Assembly: GCF_000142905.1 (NCBI RefSeq) | Contig: NW_013657663.1 | Location: forward strand, 310,001-374,000 | Reading direction: 5' to 3' | Length of the DNA stretch: 64,000 bases | From: Thecamonas trahens ATCC 50062 | Taxonomy: Eukaryota > Protista > Apusomonadida | Shown: positions 42,721 through 53,945 of the stretch, piece by piece | Position numbering within the stretch: the stretch's first letter is position 1 | Layout: each line of letters starts with the position of its first letter | The notes under the pieces: generated by a model | Told to the model about the DNA's origin: nothing | Database searches by the model: none | The model's input: the letters and a program-made list of their open reading frames with translations, nothing else | Made by a program: the position numbers and the translations under genes

Positions 42721-45700
42721 CTACTCGCCCACCGCGAGCAACAGGTCAAAGTCGGACTCGTTGCCCACCGCCATGAGAAAGTTCTCCAGCGCGTCACCAT
42801 CGTCGCTCGCCACAGCCTTGGCGCCCTCCGCTTCGGGCTGCTGCTCGCAAAAGAACGCCACAATCTGCCGCGCCTCCACTGCGTGCTTGGCCTCGAGTGT
42901 CGCGCGGACGAGCGGGAGTACATCGCCCTGCGCCACTGCTCCGGCCACGATCGCCTGCAACGCGCTTGCAGGCACGCCTTCGTCGTAGATGCCGGTGTAG
43001 TTGGCCTCGGCCACCACAGAGGTCACCACGGCGTCCACAACAAGCGCGTCGTCGACGCTCTTCAGCAGCGCCAGCCGTGCAGCGTGGCTCTGCCCCGCAA
43101 GCTGCGCCGCGATCAGCGCCTCGCGCGCCGCAGGCGACGGCACAAGCTTTGCCGCCGCCAGCGCAAGCCCCACTTCGCCGCGTCCTGCAAGGCTCGCCAC
43201 CAGCCCGCTCAAGTCCAGCGAGACAAGGAACGGGCACCGGCGGAGCCAGGCAAGCAGCTCCCGCGGCGACGCAACCGCCTCGTCCGCCGCCTCGGCCGCG
43301 TCGACAAGGAACTGCCACACCTCGCTCATGATCGGGAGCGAGGCAAGGACAGGCTGTGCAGCCACAAACTCCAGCGACCGCAGCAGCAGTGGTGTCGCCC
43401 GTCGTGCAAGCGCACGCTCAAGGAACTGGATCCATAGCCCACCGTCTACGACCTCGTGGTCGATGGCGAGCTTGACTGCAAGCTCTAGCGTCTCCGGCTC
43501 GGCGCGTGCGACCGCCAAAGACCACGCACGAGTCCCTCCTTGTTCTCGGTCGAAAGCTCCGCCATCGTGTACGGGAACCGCACACGCTCAAACTCGGAGA
43601 GATATAGGAACGACTCGAGCTTTGATGCCAGCTCCTTGCTGCTTCCCGGATACGCACGCTCGATGAGCTCGGCAGGCGCAAGCGCAAACACAAGCTGCAG
43701 CGCCTTGGCCCGCGACAGCGACGAGATCTTCAGCGACTTGTCTTGGAACGCGTAGTTGAGGAGCCACCCCAGCTTCTTGGCCACATCCTCCTCGTATTGC
43801 AGGATGAAAGCAATCCGCATCAGCACCTCCCACTCGGGCCCAAACCCGTGGCTTCGCAGGAACGCCCGCGATGCAACAAGCGCCGCTGGTAGCGGCTCCT
43901 CCCGCGGCTCGTATGTCGACGGATCGTCCTCGGACAGCCACAGCTGCACAAGCTGCTCCCGTGTCCGCTCCTCGTCCACCTCGCCCTTGAACTTGCCGGC
44001 AATGTTGTCGGCCACGTAGTGCAGGTTGGCGTTGGAAAGGCCGCGCGACTCGCGGAGGAACTCGGCCGCACCCAGCTGAAAGTACAGCTGGCACACAAGC
44101 TCTTCAGGCTGCGACACGTAGTCAAGGAACGCCGTCAGCTGGTTGTCCACAAGCAGCAGCGCCACGTCCGTCTCCTTCTCGGCCCGCTTGAGCCGCTCCA
44201 CGAGCGCAACCGCCTCGCTCGACGACCGCGTCTCCCGCCGGAACTTGGCTGCCAGCGTGCAGCAGAACTCGTACGCCTTCAGCCGGTCTTTGCCCAGCGG
44301 GAATTGACTCGCCACCCACTCGCCCACCTCGATGGCCCGCGCAGTCTCCGAGATCTTGTTCAGATACACCCGAAGAGCCTCAAACGTCACCACCATTGTC
44401 TTGCGGATGCTGCGCCCGCCGCCCGTGCTCGTACCCGGCGCCGCAGGCACCAAGTAATGGTACTCGCCCGACGAAGCAGTTGCTGCTGACCTTGCATCGC
44501 CGCTGTTGCGCTTGCCTGTCTCCTTGCTCGCCTTGCTCGGACTAGCTCCGGCCCGACGCTCGTTTGGATCTGCGTTCTCGCCGCCAATCTCGTCGTCGAC
44601 CTCGCTCACCGCCGCCGCCGCCGGCGCCAGCGCAGACATCACGTTCTCGATGAGCTCGATCGCAAGCGCATCCTCAGACACCTCCAGGTGCCGCGCAAGC
44701 GGGATGAGCTTCCGCACAGTCGCAGGATTGAGCTGCGGCTTAAGCACAAGCAGCGGGTTCTCAATGAGCGTAAAGAACGGCAGCCGCGTCAGCTCCCACT
44801 CCTCCAGCACCGACTGCGGGACGACCCGGAGGCTGCCCAGCGCGCGCGCTTCGCCGGCCGCCACCCGCTCTTTCAGCGGTGCCACGAGCACTTCGTCGGT
44901 CGGCACCTTGGCGTACCGCTGCAGGCCCTTCACAACCTCGACCATCGCCCGTGCCTCCTCCTCCGAGCCCACAAGCTTGTCGATGAGCTCGTACACAAAC
45001 CTAATGCGGTCGTAGTCGTACTCGGAGACAAACGGAAGAACGCGCGAGTTGAGCGTCTCCAGCAACCCATCCGGCTGCATCTCGCCCACCACACGGGCCA
45101 CTTGCTCTTGGTAAAGTAGCGAGTACGGGCCGACCTTACCTCCGTCTCCGCTCCCTCCCGATGACGACGACGCCGAGTCGTCGCCCACAAGCAGCACCGT
45201 GATGTAGTGCTCCAGTGCAGCCTGGTCCGAAATGGCGTACGTCTCGGTAAACTCGAGCACTGTCTCGATGTCGTGCCCAGTCTTACGGAGGAGCTGTGGA
45301 ACGAGCGAGGCCTGGTACCGCGCAGACGGACCGCAGTTGAACGACTTGGCGTCAAACGGAATGTCCAGCAGTGCAAGCTGCGCCCACCACCGCGCGTTCG
45401 CCCGAAGCTTCTCGCAGCTCCCTTCAAACGCGTGCTGCTTCCACAAGTACGCCACGTCCTGCCCGATCGATGCCAGCACGCCTAGACGCCCGTAATCCGC
45501 GTTCACGCGCGATGCCGCCATCTGGAACGTCGTGTGGCCCGTCTGATACGGGAGCGCGCACATGTAGCTCACAGCAAGCTCACGATCCAGCCGCCGCGAG
45601 CCGAGCACCTTGTCGAGCAGCGCCGAGTGGAGGCCCACAATCTCACTTTCACCAGGCGAGCCGCTCCGCGTCCGCGCGAGCTCCAGCTGGACCTTGAGCG

Positions 45701-48700
45701 CAGACTGGACCCACCCGTTCTGCTTGAGCATCGTTGCAAGCTGCTTTTTGGCTCCTCCTGGAGTGAGACGCTCGCCTGCAACAGCACCAGCCTCTGCGCC
45801 GGCCTCGTTCTCATCGTGCTCGTCATCCTCCTTGCCCTTGCCCTTGCTCGACCGCTTGCTACCCGCTGTCGGCACGTCATCGACTACCGCGTTCGCGAAA
45901 GTTTCGTTGGCCACTCCGGCCGCCGCCAGCGCAAGGGGAGCACCCGCTCCAGCTCGAGCTCGAGCCCGCCCTCGTGGTAGTGGGACGGATACGCGCCACG
46001 GACAAGGTTCGTCACCTCTTCTTCGGGTGCGCACGCCTCGACAGACCGCGCCTGATCCACCACCTCGGCTACTTGCTCGGCCGCGCGGAACTTGTCTAGC
46101 AGCGCGAGTACGTCATCGTCGGCGCAAACTGAGAGAGAGGTCTGCACAAGGTTCCGAGCCCGCGATGGCGCCGACGCCACCACTTTGCTCCCTACCGTGT
46201 GGTGGAGCAGCGTGTCTGCCACGCTAGTGAGCGTCTCTGCTGCACGCGCTCCGCGGTTGCGAAGGAGAAGTTCCTTGCACAGCGCGGTGGCTCGGACCGG
46301 ATCGCCCAACACCGCGGCCTCGTGCGCGAGCACGCCCTCTAGGTCTGATCGCGCGAGGCCCAGCAGCTCTACCATCCGGTACAGCCGAGTCTTGTTGATT
46401 GACGTGGCGCCCTTCTTAGAGGCATCACCACCGTCGGCACTGCTCTGGCGCATTGACGCCACGTACATCGCCAGCGCCTCGCGCGCAGCGTCGCTGTCGT
46501 TAAGCGTCGCCAGCGGAAGCGCCACTCCAAACTCGGCGAGAAGCGCCTCCTGCGCCACCGCACCGGAGAGTTCGGTTACCACATCGAGGTAGACAAACGG
46601 CTGCGCCACCGTCGAGCTGCTTCCGCTCTTGTCGTTGCTGGCGTTGCTTGCGTTGCGGCGGAGAAGGCCCGCGCCACGCACCCGCCGAGTCCGCGTCCGC
46701 CGCGCCGGCACTGCCGCTGCACTCTCGCTGGCACTCGGCGCCGTAAGCGCGGCCGCACGGACCTTGGCCTCAGCTGCAACGCAGACCTCGAGCAGCGCAC
46801 GGAGCGCAGCCACGAGCTTGAGCAGGCTGCCAGGAGCCTCACCACCGATTCGCAGCGCTTCATACCGCGCCTGAATCCACAGCACGAGCTCCTGCCCGAC
46901 AGAAAGCTGCAACGCCAGCGGAAGCGAGGCAAAGAGCTCGCCAGCCCGCGCCAGGTGCACCACTTTGCCTGACGCCAGCAGCGCCTGCAAATGGAAGATG
47001 TACGCGTCGTGTGCCTTGAGCGACGAGTACGCCTCGACAACCAAAAGACCATCGGCCATCGCCGTCTCGCACTCGAGCCGAGTCAGAATGTGGAAGAGGT
47101 AGTCTTTGGCCTTGGCCGCGTCCGAGAGATTGACCTCGCGGAGGCCGTAGCGGAGGAACATGGCCTTGAGCCGCAGGAGCCGAACCTGCTCCGCCAGCTC
47201 GGCCGCTCCGTCACCTTCCCACGACGCCGTGCTCGACATCAGCGCCTCAATGTCTGCCGACCACGGAATGGGAATGCGGCGGAAGAACTCAAGCGTTGCC
47301 TGCATCTTGGCTGAAGTCGAGACAACGCCGTTGAGGAGAGCCAGTGCCCGGAGCTCGGCATCCTCAGTCGCCAGAGCTGCGTTGCCGGCCAGTGCCGCCG
47401 CGTCGAGCCAAGCCACCAGGTAGTTGACGAGCTCCTGGTCAGCGTCGAGCCCGTGTGCGAGAAGGTACGGCCGAACATGGGTAGCGAGCTCGGCAGGCAG
47501 CGCGTCTGGCACTACCCGCTCGATCATGAGCACCGCAATCGAGCTCGGGGTCTCGGCCGCATAGTCGCGGAGCGAAATGCCGAGGTCGTGCTCGTCAAAC
47601 AGCCGCACCATGTCGGCCAACTGCGCCACCAGGCGGGTGAGCCCGGTGGACGCCGCCTGCCGGACGTTGTACAGCTGCGACATAAAGCCGGCAACCTGAG
47701 ATCCCGGCGTCCAGCCAAACGCTGTCGACTCGTTGGCGGCAGCAGCCTTGATGAACGACGCCAGCGACGACGCCAGCTTGAGCGCGCCGTGCGGCCGCTC
47801 CTCGCGGAGCTCCACAGACCGTGCGCGCTGCTCAACCCACGCCTCAAGCGCAGGACGATCGCTCGGCGAGATCCGCACAAAGAGGTGCGCCTGCAGCCAC
47901 TCGAGGTACTCGTCAACGCCCACGTCTTCGGGAATCTGGTTGATGAGCGTGAGGACGTCGCTCGACGTCGTTGCGTGCGCGTAGTGCCGCGACCACACCA
48001 GGATGGCCGCAGCCATCTTGGACTCGGCCACAAGCATCCGCACAATTCCAAGCGCAGGTGCGCTTCGGAACCGCTGCCACTGCTTGCCGGAAAACCAGCC
48101 AGAGCTGCTTCCAGCCTCGCTCGAGGCAATGATCTCAAACGAGGCAAGCCGTGCGAGCGCGTCCGTCACGAGCGTGATGAGGCTCTCATCGTCGGCAGAC
48201 TTGGCCAACTCGTACCCAATGTTGAGGAGTGCAAGAGTTGCGTCGGCAGAGTCGAACGCGCCGTGGACGCAAAAGCTCACGGCGTGGCTCACATTCGCCG
48301 CAGCTTGAAGCAGCGGGGCAACAGCAGCCACAAATGCCTCGCTAGCCACTTGCCGTGCAGCCTCGTCGCCTCCGGCCGCAGCCAGCGCGGCCTTGACCTG
48401 CACGCACGCGGCCTCGATTTGCGCTTGGCGCACAAGGTCACCGTCAAGTCCGTGCTCGGCCGCAAAGGCCTCAGCCTCGGCGTATGCACTAGCGAGGAGG
48501 AGCGTGTTGAGGCGGAAGCGCGGGACACCCTCGCGAACAGCGTGAATGCTCACCACAAGCCGGTCAGCAGAGCATGCCGCCACGTACACTGCGTCGCGAG
48601 CTGTGGCTGTGCTGAGTGGGATGAGTCCAGCCGTGAGCGCCACGTCAAAGGTCAGGTTCTCGTCGCCGCCGTCGACGTCAGCAAGCGACGCCGGTGACAT

Positions 48701-49654
48701 GACGCAGACCGACTCGGTCGAGGCCGAGAGAAACGCCGGGACTGGCGCAAAGGCCAGCGCCGCCACACCCGCCCCGCTCACGCCGCCGCTCACTTCTTGT
48801 GGGAGTGCAACAGCAACAAGCATCTCGGCGTCAACGTAGTGGACCGCACCGGCCTCGTCCTCGATCGCCACCACCCGGCCGCAGGTAGACGCCGCCATCG
48901 ACCTAGGGATACGCCCGCCGGGCAGGCTCAGCCCATCGACCGCCACCAGCTTCTCCTCGGGCCCACCAATGGCCCACAGCACAATCGAGTCGCCGCAGCC
49001 GCCATCGAGCGGCATGCCGGCCACCGCCAGCGTGTAGGGTGAAAACTCAACAACCGATGGCACAAAGGCGGCACCGGCAACTTGGTGGAGGCGGGTGCTC
49101 GCATCAAACGCTTGCAGCCGAAGTGCAGAAAGGTCAAAGTTTTCGATCGAGACGTTTGAGAGAACCACACCCGGCCCGTGCGACGTCACTGCCGCCAAGT
49201 GCCACCGTGCACCGTCGGCCAGCCACGCGATGGCCGGCACCTCGACCGGCGCGCCGTCGCTGCTGGCAGCCACCGCGCCCGGGTGCTCGGCGAGGAGCTC
49301 GAGCGCTGGCAGCGAGAGAAAGACAACCGTGCCGTCGACAGTGATCACCGCAAGCAGGCCGGCGTCGCTCGTCGCGCTGCCGGCGACCGCCAGGCCGGCG
49401 ACCGCGGCGTCGAGCGCCACCGTCGCCGCCTCGCCGTCGCCGTCGACGACCAAGACGGTGGCATCGACCGCCGCCGCTACGTATCCGCCACCAGCGGCCA
49501 CATGCGCCGCTCCAGCGCCATGCTTACCATCACACGTCAGAGTCGCCACGTGCTCGACCAGAAACGACGGCGTCGGCGTCAGCGTCTCGGTCAGCTCCAC
49601 GTTGGCGCCATCGACGCCCGCGGCCAGCATGGTCCATTCGCTCTCCATACTCAT
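42721..49654 (-). CDS. KNTC1: Kinetochore RZZ subunit Rod (about 2300 aa); apparent frameshifts at about 45936 and 43503
   Basis: N-terminal propeller; PRFRLNTLL..AYAEAEAFAAEHGLD; Rod_C NARWWAQLALLDIPF, SEYDYDRIRF, RLPFFTL, KEGLVRGLWRSH, ...DGGLW. Confidence 0.87.
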
Positions 49655-49841
49655 TGTCCAGCTCGTCGCACCTGCCACCACGTCCAGTCCTGCGTAGGTA
49701 TCCACAAGACTTGTAACTTGGTCGCTGTATCACGACAAGTGTAGCCCCCTGCCCCAACACACACACGCCAGGGCTATTGCGGCCTGCCTTCCTCCGCGCC
49801 ATGCCAGCCCGCGCTGCTTCAGCGCGCTTTGGCTAAAATGC

Positions 49842-49875
49842 GCGCCAAAATTCCATTGACAGTCATTCGCGCCAA
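49842..49875. promoter_or_regulatory. Two E2F-like sites (GCGCCAAA; TTCGCGCCAA) in the KNTC1/RING-gene divergent promoter
   Basis: Motif match only. Confidence 0.35.
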
Positions 49876-50108
49876 CTTTGGCTTCACCCCTCGGCGAATG
49901 GCACGATCCTCTGGCCCCCGGACTGGCGACTCCCCCTCCCTTGGCCCGTCACCTCCCGACGACGACTCCGGGTGGCCACACTCCACCACCACTTCTCCCT
50001 GTTCCCCGATCCCCACATACTCTCTTCCCCCTCACGCACCCCCCCCCCCCCCCTACGGCTGTACTCCTCTACCTCTGTCCGCCCTCCTCCTTGCCTCGAC
50101 CGTCTGGG

Positions 50109-52913
50109 ATGGATGGCCTGCGGAGGCTAGTGGCCGGCGCTGTGACGGGCGAGGTCCATGACCTGCTTGTCGCTGCTGTGCTGGCGCAGCTGGAGAAAGC
50201 ATTGATTCTGCCGGCACGATTGATGGAGCTCTCGGCCCCGCTGTTGGAAGCTAGCAATGAATCAGCCAAGGCCTTTGCTGAGGCCCTGCTCCATGTTCCG
50301 GCCGAGACCTGCTCGCGGCTTGCGGCCTGCGCGGGGAGCTCGGACGCGCCTGATGGCGAGAGTTTGCCCGTTTTACGCCCGGCTGGGGCGCACCAAGCGG
50401 CAGTGCTTGCGCAGATTGTAGCGTGGCACAAAGTGCTTGAGCGCGAGTGCCACCCTAGCGCCGGGCGCGATTACGTGCCGCATCTGCTAGCGGTTGCCCG
50501 CGGCGTTTGCCATCAGGTTGTCCACTACGCCCAAGCCCACGGCATTGAGCACGGGCGGGTGTATGCAGGCTGCGATCCGGCAGCGCTGGCCTCAGCCTGT
50601 CCGTCCAGCGATCCGTTTGAAGAGTTCTTTCCGTCAGAGGTGGCCATCGACCGGCTGACCGCGGCGGCGACGTCGTGGCTCTCGTGGATGCCTTTGGCCG
50701 TGGAGCCGGGCGCTGGGCCGCTTTTCCTGCAAGTCCTGCAGATCATCGACCTGCACTCGGCCGAGCTGGCCGAAGTTGCGCCGATCACTCGCGAGCAGAG
50801 CTTTCTCTCGCTGGCCACCTCCAGCCCGTCGGCGCTGGTCGCGCTGGTGGCGGAGGATCCAGCAACGGCACCCGAGCTGGAAAGCCCAGCCGATGCGGCC
50901 GTCCGAGCGGTTGCCGAGCTTGGGGCCACGGTTCCTGCGCTCCTCGCGGAGGCTGGCATTGACCCGTCGACCTTTACCCGCGGCAACGCTGATGAGCCGC
51001 TCTACCTGCTGGCCATCTCCAACGGCGACGAGTCGACTTGCGTCCTCCTCGATGAGCAGCTCAATGACCTGGTGACCTCGGGCGAGCTCGCCGAAGGATG
51101 CATCATCCAGGTCCACTCCGGGTGCATCATTGCCGACGTTGAGCGGGCGCATCCATGGTACGAGTGCGACAAGTGCTACGGCTGGCGGCAGCTTGACTGG
51201 GACACGGTGGCTGCGCTCGACGGCGTGGCCTTTGAGTGTGCGCAGGCGCCCGACATTCGTGGGCAGTCACAGGCGGCGAGCGCTCCTCCTGCGGTCGCGG
51301 TCTCGTGTGCCACGCCGCTGGTGGTCAACCGCATGGTGCTGGAGGATCTGGGCTTGCAGGTTGACGAGACGCTGGCTACCCAGGGCGCATCGATTGTGCT
51401 CACCGCGCTCTCACCGGTCTCACCGGGAACAGAGACTATTCTTGGCGCGCCGACCGCGTGCGAGGAGCTCATCGACGCCCAGGTGGCAAAGTGGCGCGGG
51501 CGCGGCTTCAACGTGCCTTCGATTGTCTTTCACCGGCCAGTGACGTACTGCACTCAGGAGCCGGCATCGTCGGCGTCGCGGGACCAGGCCCGCCTCCCGT
51601 CTGAGGACGTTTACCCGTTCGAGACGTACAAGGAGGAGCTTGAGCTCGCGCACCCCAACTTTGCGACCGGCGACCTCTACCGCGATCGGATGCGGGGTGA
51701 CCCGGGCGTTGTCCGCGTCAACATCCGATTCAACCTCAAGGCGCTCTCGTCGGCTTCGGGCAGCCACAAAAAGCGGATGGAAGAGGCTGTCAACATGTAC
51801 CTCCAACCGCGGCCGTACTCACTTCCCGGGGCGACGGCGCCGATGGCGCGGCTCTTCAGCCTCGTGGCCAACGACCTCGACGTCCGCTCCTCGAGCATCC
51901 GGTTTGTCTACCGCTCGTCACGCATCCGTGCGGCCGACACCGCTGTCTCGATCAACTTTCTCTCGGGTGATACCATCACAGCCCAGCTCAACGTTGTGCC
52001 GCCGGTCGTCAACGCAATGGCGTCCAAGCTCTCGCCCGAGGACGAGGCCGCAGCCGAGGCCCGGAGGGCCAAGCTACTTGAGGATCTGTTGGCTGCTGAA
52101 GCTGCAGGCCACGAGGACCGGGCCAAGAAGAACAACGGCAAAGGCAAGCGAAACAAGGGCAAGAAGCGCAAGGGCAGGACCAGCGATGCCGCCAAGGCCA
52201 AGGCTAAGGCCGCCGCGGAGGCTAAGGCCGCCGCCGCCAAGGCCGCCGCGGAGGCTCAGGCCGCCGCGGAGGCCAAGATGAAGGCTGAGATCGAGGCCGA
52301 GTTCGCCGCCGCCGCCGCCGCTGCTCGCAAGGCCGCCGCCGCCGCAAAGGTCGTTGCAGAGGCGCAAGCAGCAGCCGAGGTGCAAGCAGCAGCCGAGGCG
52401 CAAGCGGCAGCCGAGGCGCAAGCGGCAGCCGAGGCGCAAGCGGCAGCCGATGCACGAGCGGCAGCCGAGGCCCAAGAGGCAGCTCAGGCGCAGGCGGCAG
52501 CAGCCAAGGCCAAGTCTACTCGCACGGCCACCGGCGACGATGCGCAGGCTTTTGCTGCCGAGGCTCAAAAGCTGCGGACCGAGCTTCAGGCTCGCATCGA
52601 GCTTGCCGCGTCCAAGGAGGTTTACGTCAACGAGCTGGAGCGGGCCAACGTGGCACTGCGGACCGAGCTCGCATGGTACCGTAAGGCGTATTTGTGCTCT
52701 GTCTGCGGGCGCGCGCCGCGATCTGCGGTCGCGCTGCCGTGCACCCACATGTCGACATGCTACGGTTGCCTCTCGACGGCGCTGCAGCTGCACGAGCAGC
52801 TTCCACAAGCGCCGGGCATGCCACCGGCAAAGGGTGTGCTCTGCAGTGTTTGCGCCTCGCCCATCGAGTCGTGCCTCGAGGTTCTGCAGCCGCTGCCGAC
52901 GTCGCTCATGTAG
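50109..52913 (+). CDS. Multidomain RING protein: RPA70N-like OB fold with inserted CW-type Zn finger, SUMO-like domain, coiled coil/AAAEAQ repeats, C3HC4 RING
   Basis: Single open frame; RING CSVC...ALPCTH..TCYGC...CSVC; WYECDKCYGWRQL. Details in findings. Confidence 0.85.
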   Translation: MDGLRRLVAGAVTGEVHDLLVAAVLAQLEKALILPARLMELSAPLLEASNESAKAFAEALLHVPAETCSRLAACAGSSDAPDGESLPVLRPAGAHQAAVLAQIVAWHKVLERECHPSAGRDYVPHLLAVARGVCHQVVHYAQAHGIEHGRVYAGCDPAALASACPSSDPFEEFFPSEVAIDRLTAAATSWLSWMPLAVEPGAGPLFLQVLQIIDLHSAELAEVAPITREQSFLSLATSSPSALVALVAEDPATAPELESPADAAVRAVAELGATVPALLAEAGIDPSTFTRGNADEPLYLLAISNGDESTCVLLDEQLNDLVTSGELAEGCIIQVHSGCIIADVERAHPWYECDKCYGWRQLDWDTVAALDGVAFECAQAPDIRGQSQAASAPPAVAVSCATPLVVNRMVLEDLGLQVDETLATQGASIVLTALSPVSPGTETILGAPTACEELIDAQVAKWRGRGFNVPSIVFHRPVTYCTQEPASSASRDQARLPSEDVYPFETYKEELELAHPNFATGDLYRDRMRGDPGVVRVNIRFNLKALSSASGSHKKRMEEAVNMYLQPRPYSLPGATAPMARLFSLVANDLDVRSSSIRFVYRSSRIRAADTAVSINFLSGDTITAQLNVVPPVVNAMASKLSPEDEAAAEARRAKLLEDLLAAEAAGHEDRAKKNNGKGKRNKGKKRKGRTSDAAKAKAKAAAEAKAAAAKAAAEAQAAAEAKMKAEIEAEFAAAAAAARKAAAAAKVVAEAQAAAEVQAAAEAQAAAEAQAAAEAQAAADARAAAEAQEAAQAQAAAAKAKSTRTATGDDAQAFAAEAQKLRTELQARIELAASKEVYVNELERANVALRTELAWYRKAYLCSVCGRAPRSAVALPCTHMSTCYGCLSTALQLHEQLPQAPGMPPAKGVLCSVCASPIESCLEVLQPLPTSLM
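52358..52475 (+). repeat. 18-bp coding tandem repeat (AAAEAQ), about 6 copies
   Basis: GCAGCCGAGGCGCAAGCG units. Confidence 0.85.
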
Positions 52914-52948
52914 CCTTTCTCCTCATCTCGCGCCGAGTCATGAATCCG

Positions 52949-53563
52949 CTAGTTCTTGCTCTTGTTCTTGTTCTTGCTCTTGTTCTTGTTCTTGTTCTTG
53001 CTCTTGCTCTTGCTCTTGCCCCTGCTCTTGCCCCTGCTCTTGCTCTTGCTCTTGCTCGTGCTGCTCTTGCTACTCTTGCTGTCGGCGCCGTCGGACGACG
53101 AGGAGCTCGACGGCTGGGCCAGCGGCTTGAACAGGAAGCTCATCGAGGCCTCGGGATCGTCATCGGGATTGCCATCATCCACCGTGTGCGATGACATATC
53201 CCAAAGAAACACGCCCGAGTTGGGCCCATGATCGCTGCTCGACTCGAGACCGGTCTCCTCGTCGGACGACGAGACCAAGGGCCGTTGCGGGGTAAACTGT
53301 CCGTCCGTTCACGCCAGGCCGCTCTCCGCATGAATCGATACCGCCATCCACCTTCCCCATTCATTCTCTCCCGCAACGTCTCCTCCCTCTCCTCTTCCCC
53401 TCTGCCCTCCCTTGCCCCGCATCTCCTTCCCTGCACCTACCGCTGGCTGCATCTTCTCCTGGCTCGACTTCAACCGCCACAGATACCACACAAGAGCCAC
53501 AAGCGTGACAACGGCCACCACGACGAGAACAGCCAGGGCCACCACCGTCTCATCAGAAGCCAT
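52949..53563 (-). CDS. Small single-pass membrane protein with an SK/NK-repeat tail; intron 53440-53297
   Basis: MASDETVVALAVLVVVAVVTLVALVWYLWRLK...QPA|FTPQRPLVSSSDEE joined in frame by GTAGGT...CAG. Confidence 0.6.
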
Positions 53564-53747
53564 TCCACCCGCCCGAACTCTGCCACAACCCGGTGGCAAG
53601 TCAAGTCGTACCCCTCCCCCCCGTGTCCGATAGTCCAGCAGTCCGGGGGTCCGACCGCCGGCTGGTGGCAAGAGAGCGTGTCTGCCAGCTGCAGCCGCAA
53701 CCGCAGTCTCGGCCACAGCCGCTGCCGAATCGTCAATCAATCAGTCA

Positions 53748-53749
<2 letters not shown>

Positions 53750-53795
<46 letters not shown>

Positions 53796-53818
53796 ACCAG
53801 CCAACCAGCCAGCCAGCC
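53750..53818. repeat. (CAGC/CAAC)n tetranucleotide microsatellite in a divergent promoter
   Basis: Direct observation. Confidence 0.9.
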
Positions 53819-53945
53819 GGACACACCAATCAGTCGCAGCGGCTTCCCACCCCCTCCCCTCCCACCCCACTCTCGTCCCCTCCTTCTCCTCCTCTCCCCC
53901 CTCCTCCTCCTCCTTCTCTCTCCCCCCCCCCCCCCCCCCTCCCCC

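Noticed and set aside
8714-49654. Calling TSC2, Ran, Rod, CE2 and the FG-GAP gene pseudogenes or split genes
   Set aside because: No in-frame stops after single-base repair, catalytic motifs intact, and several are essential genes.
1394-53818. Tandem repeats as CRISPR arrays or mobile-element ends
   Set aside because: No unique spacers, no cas, transposase or RT genes; they are simple micro/minisatellites in a eukaryotic context.
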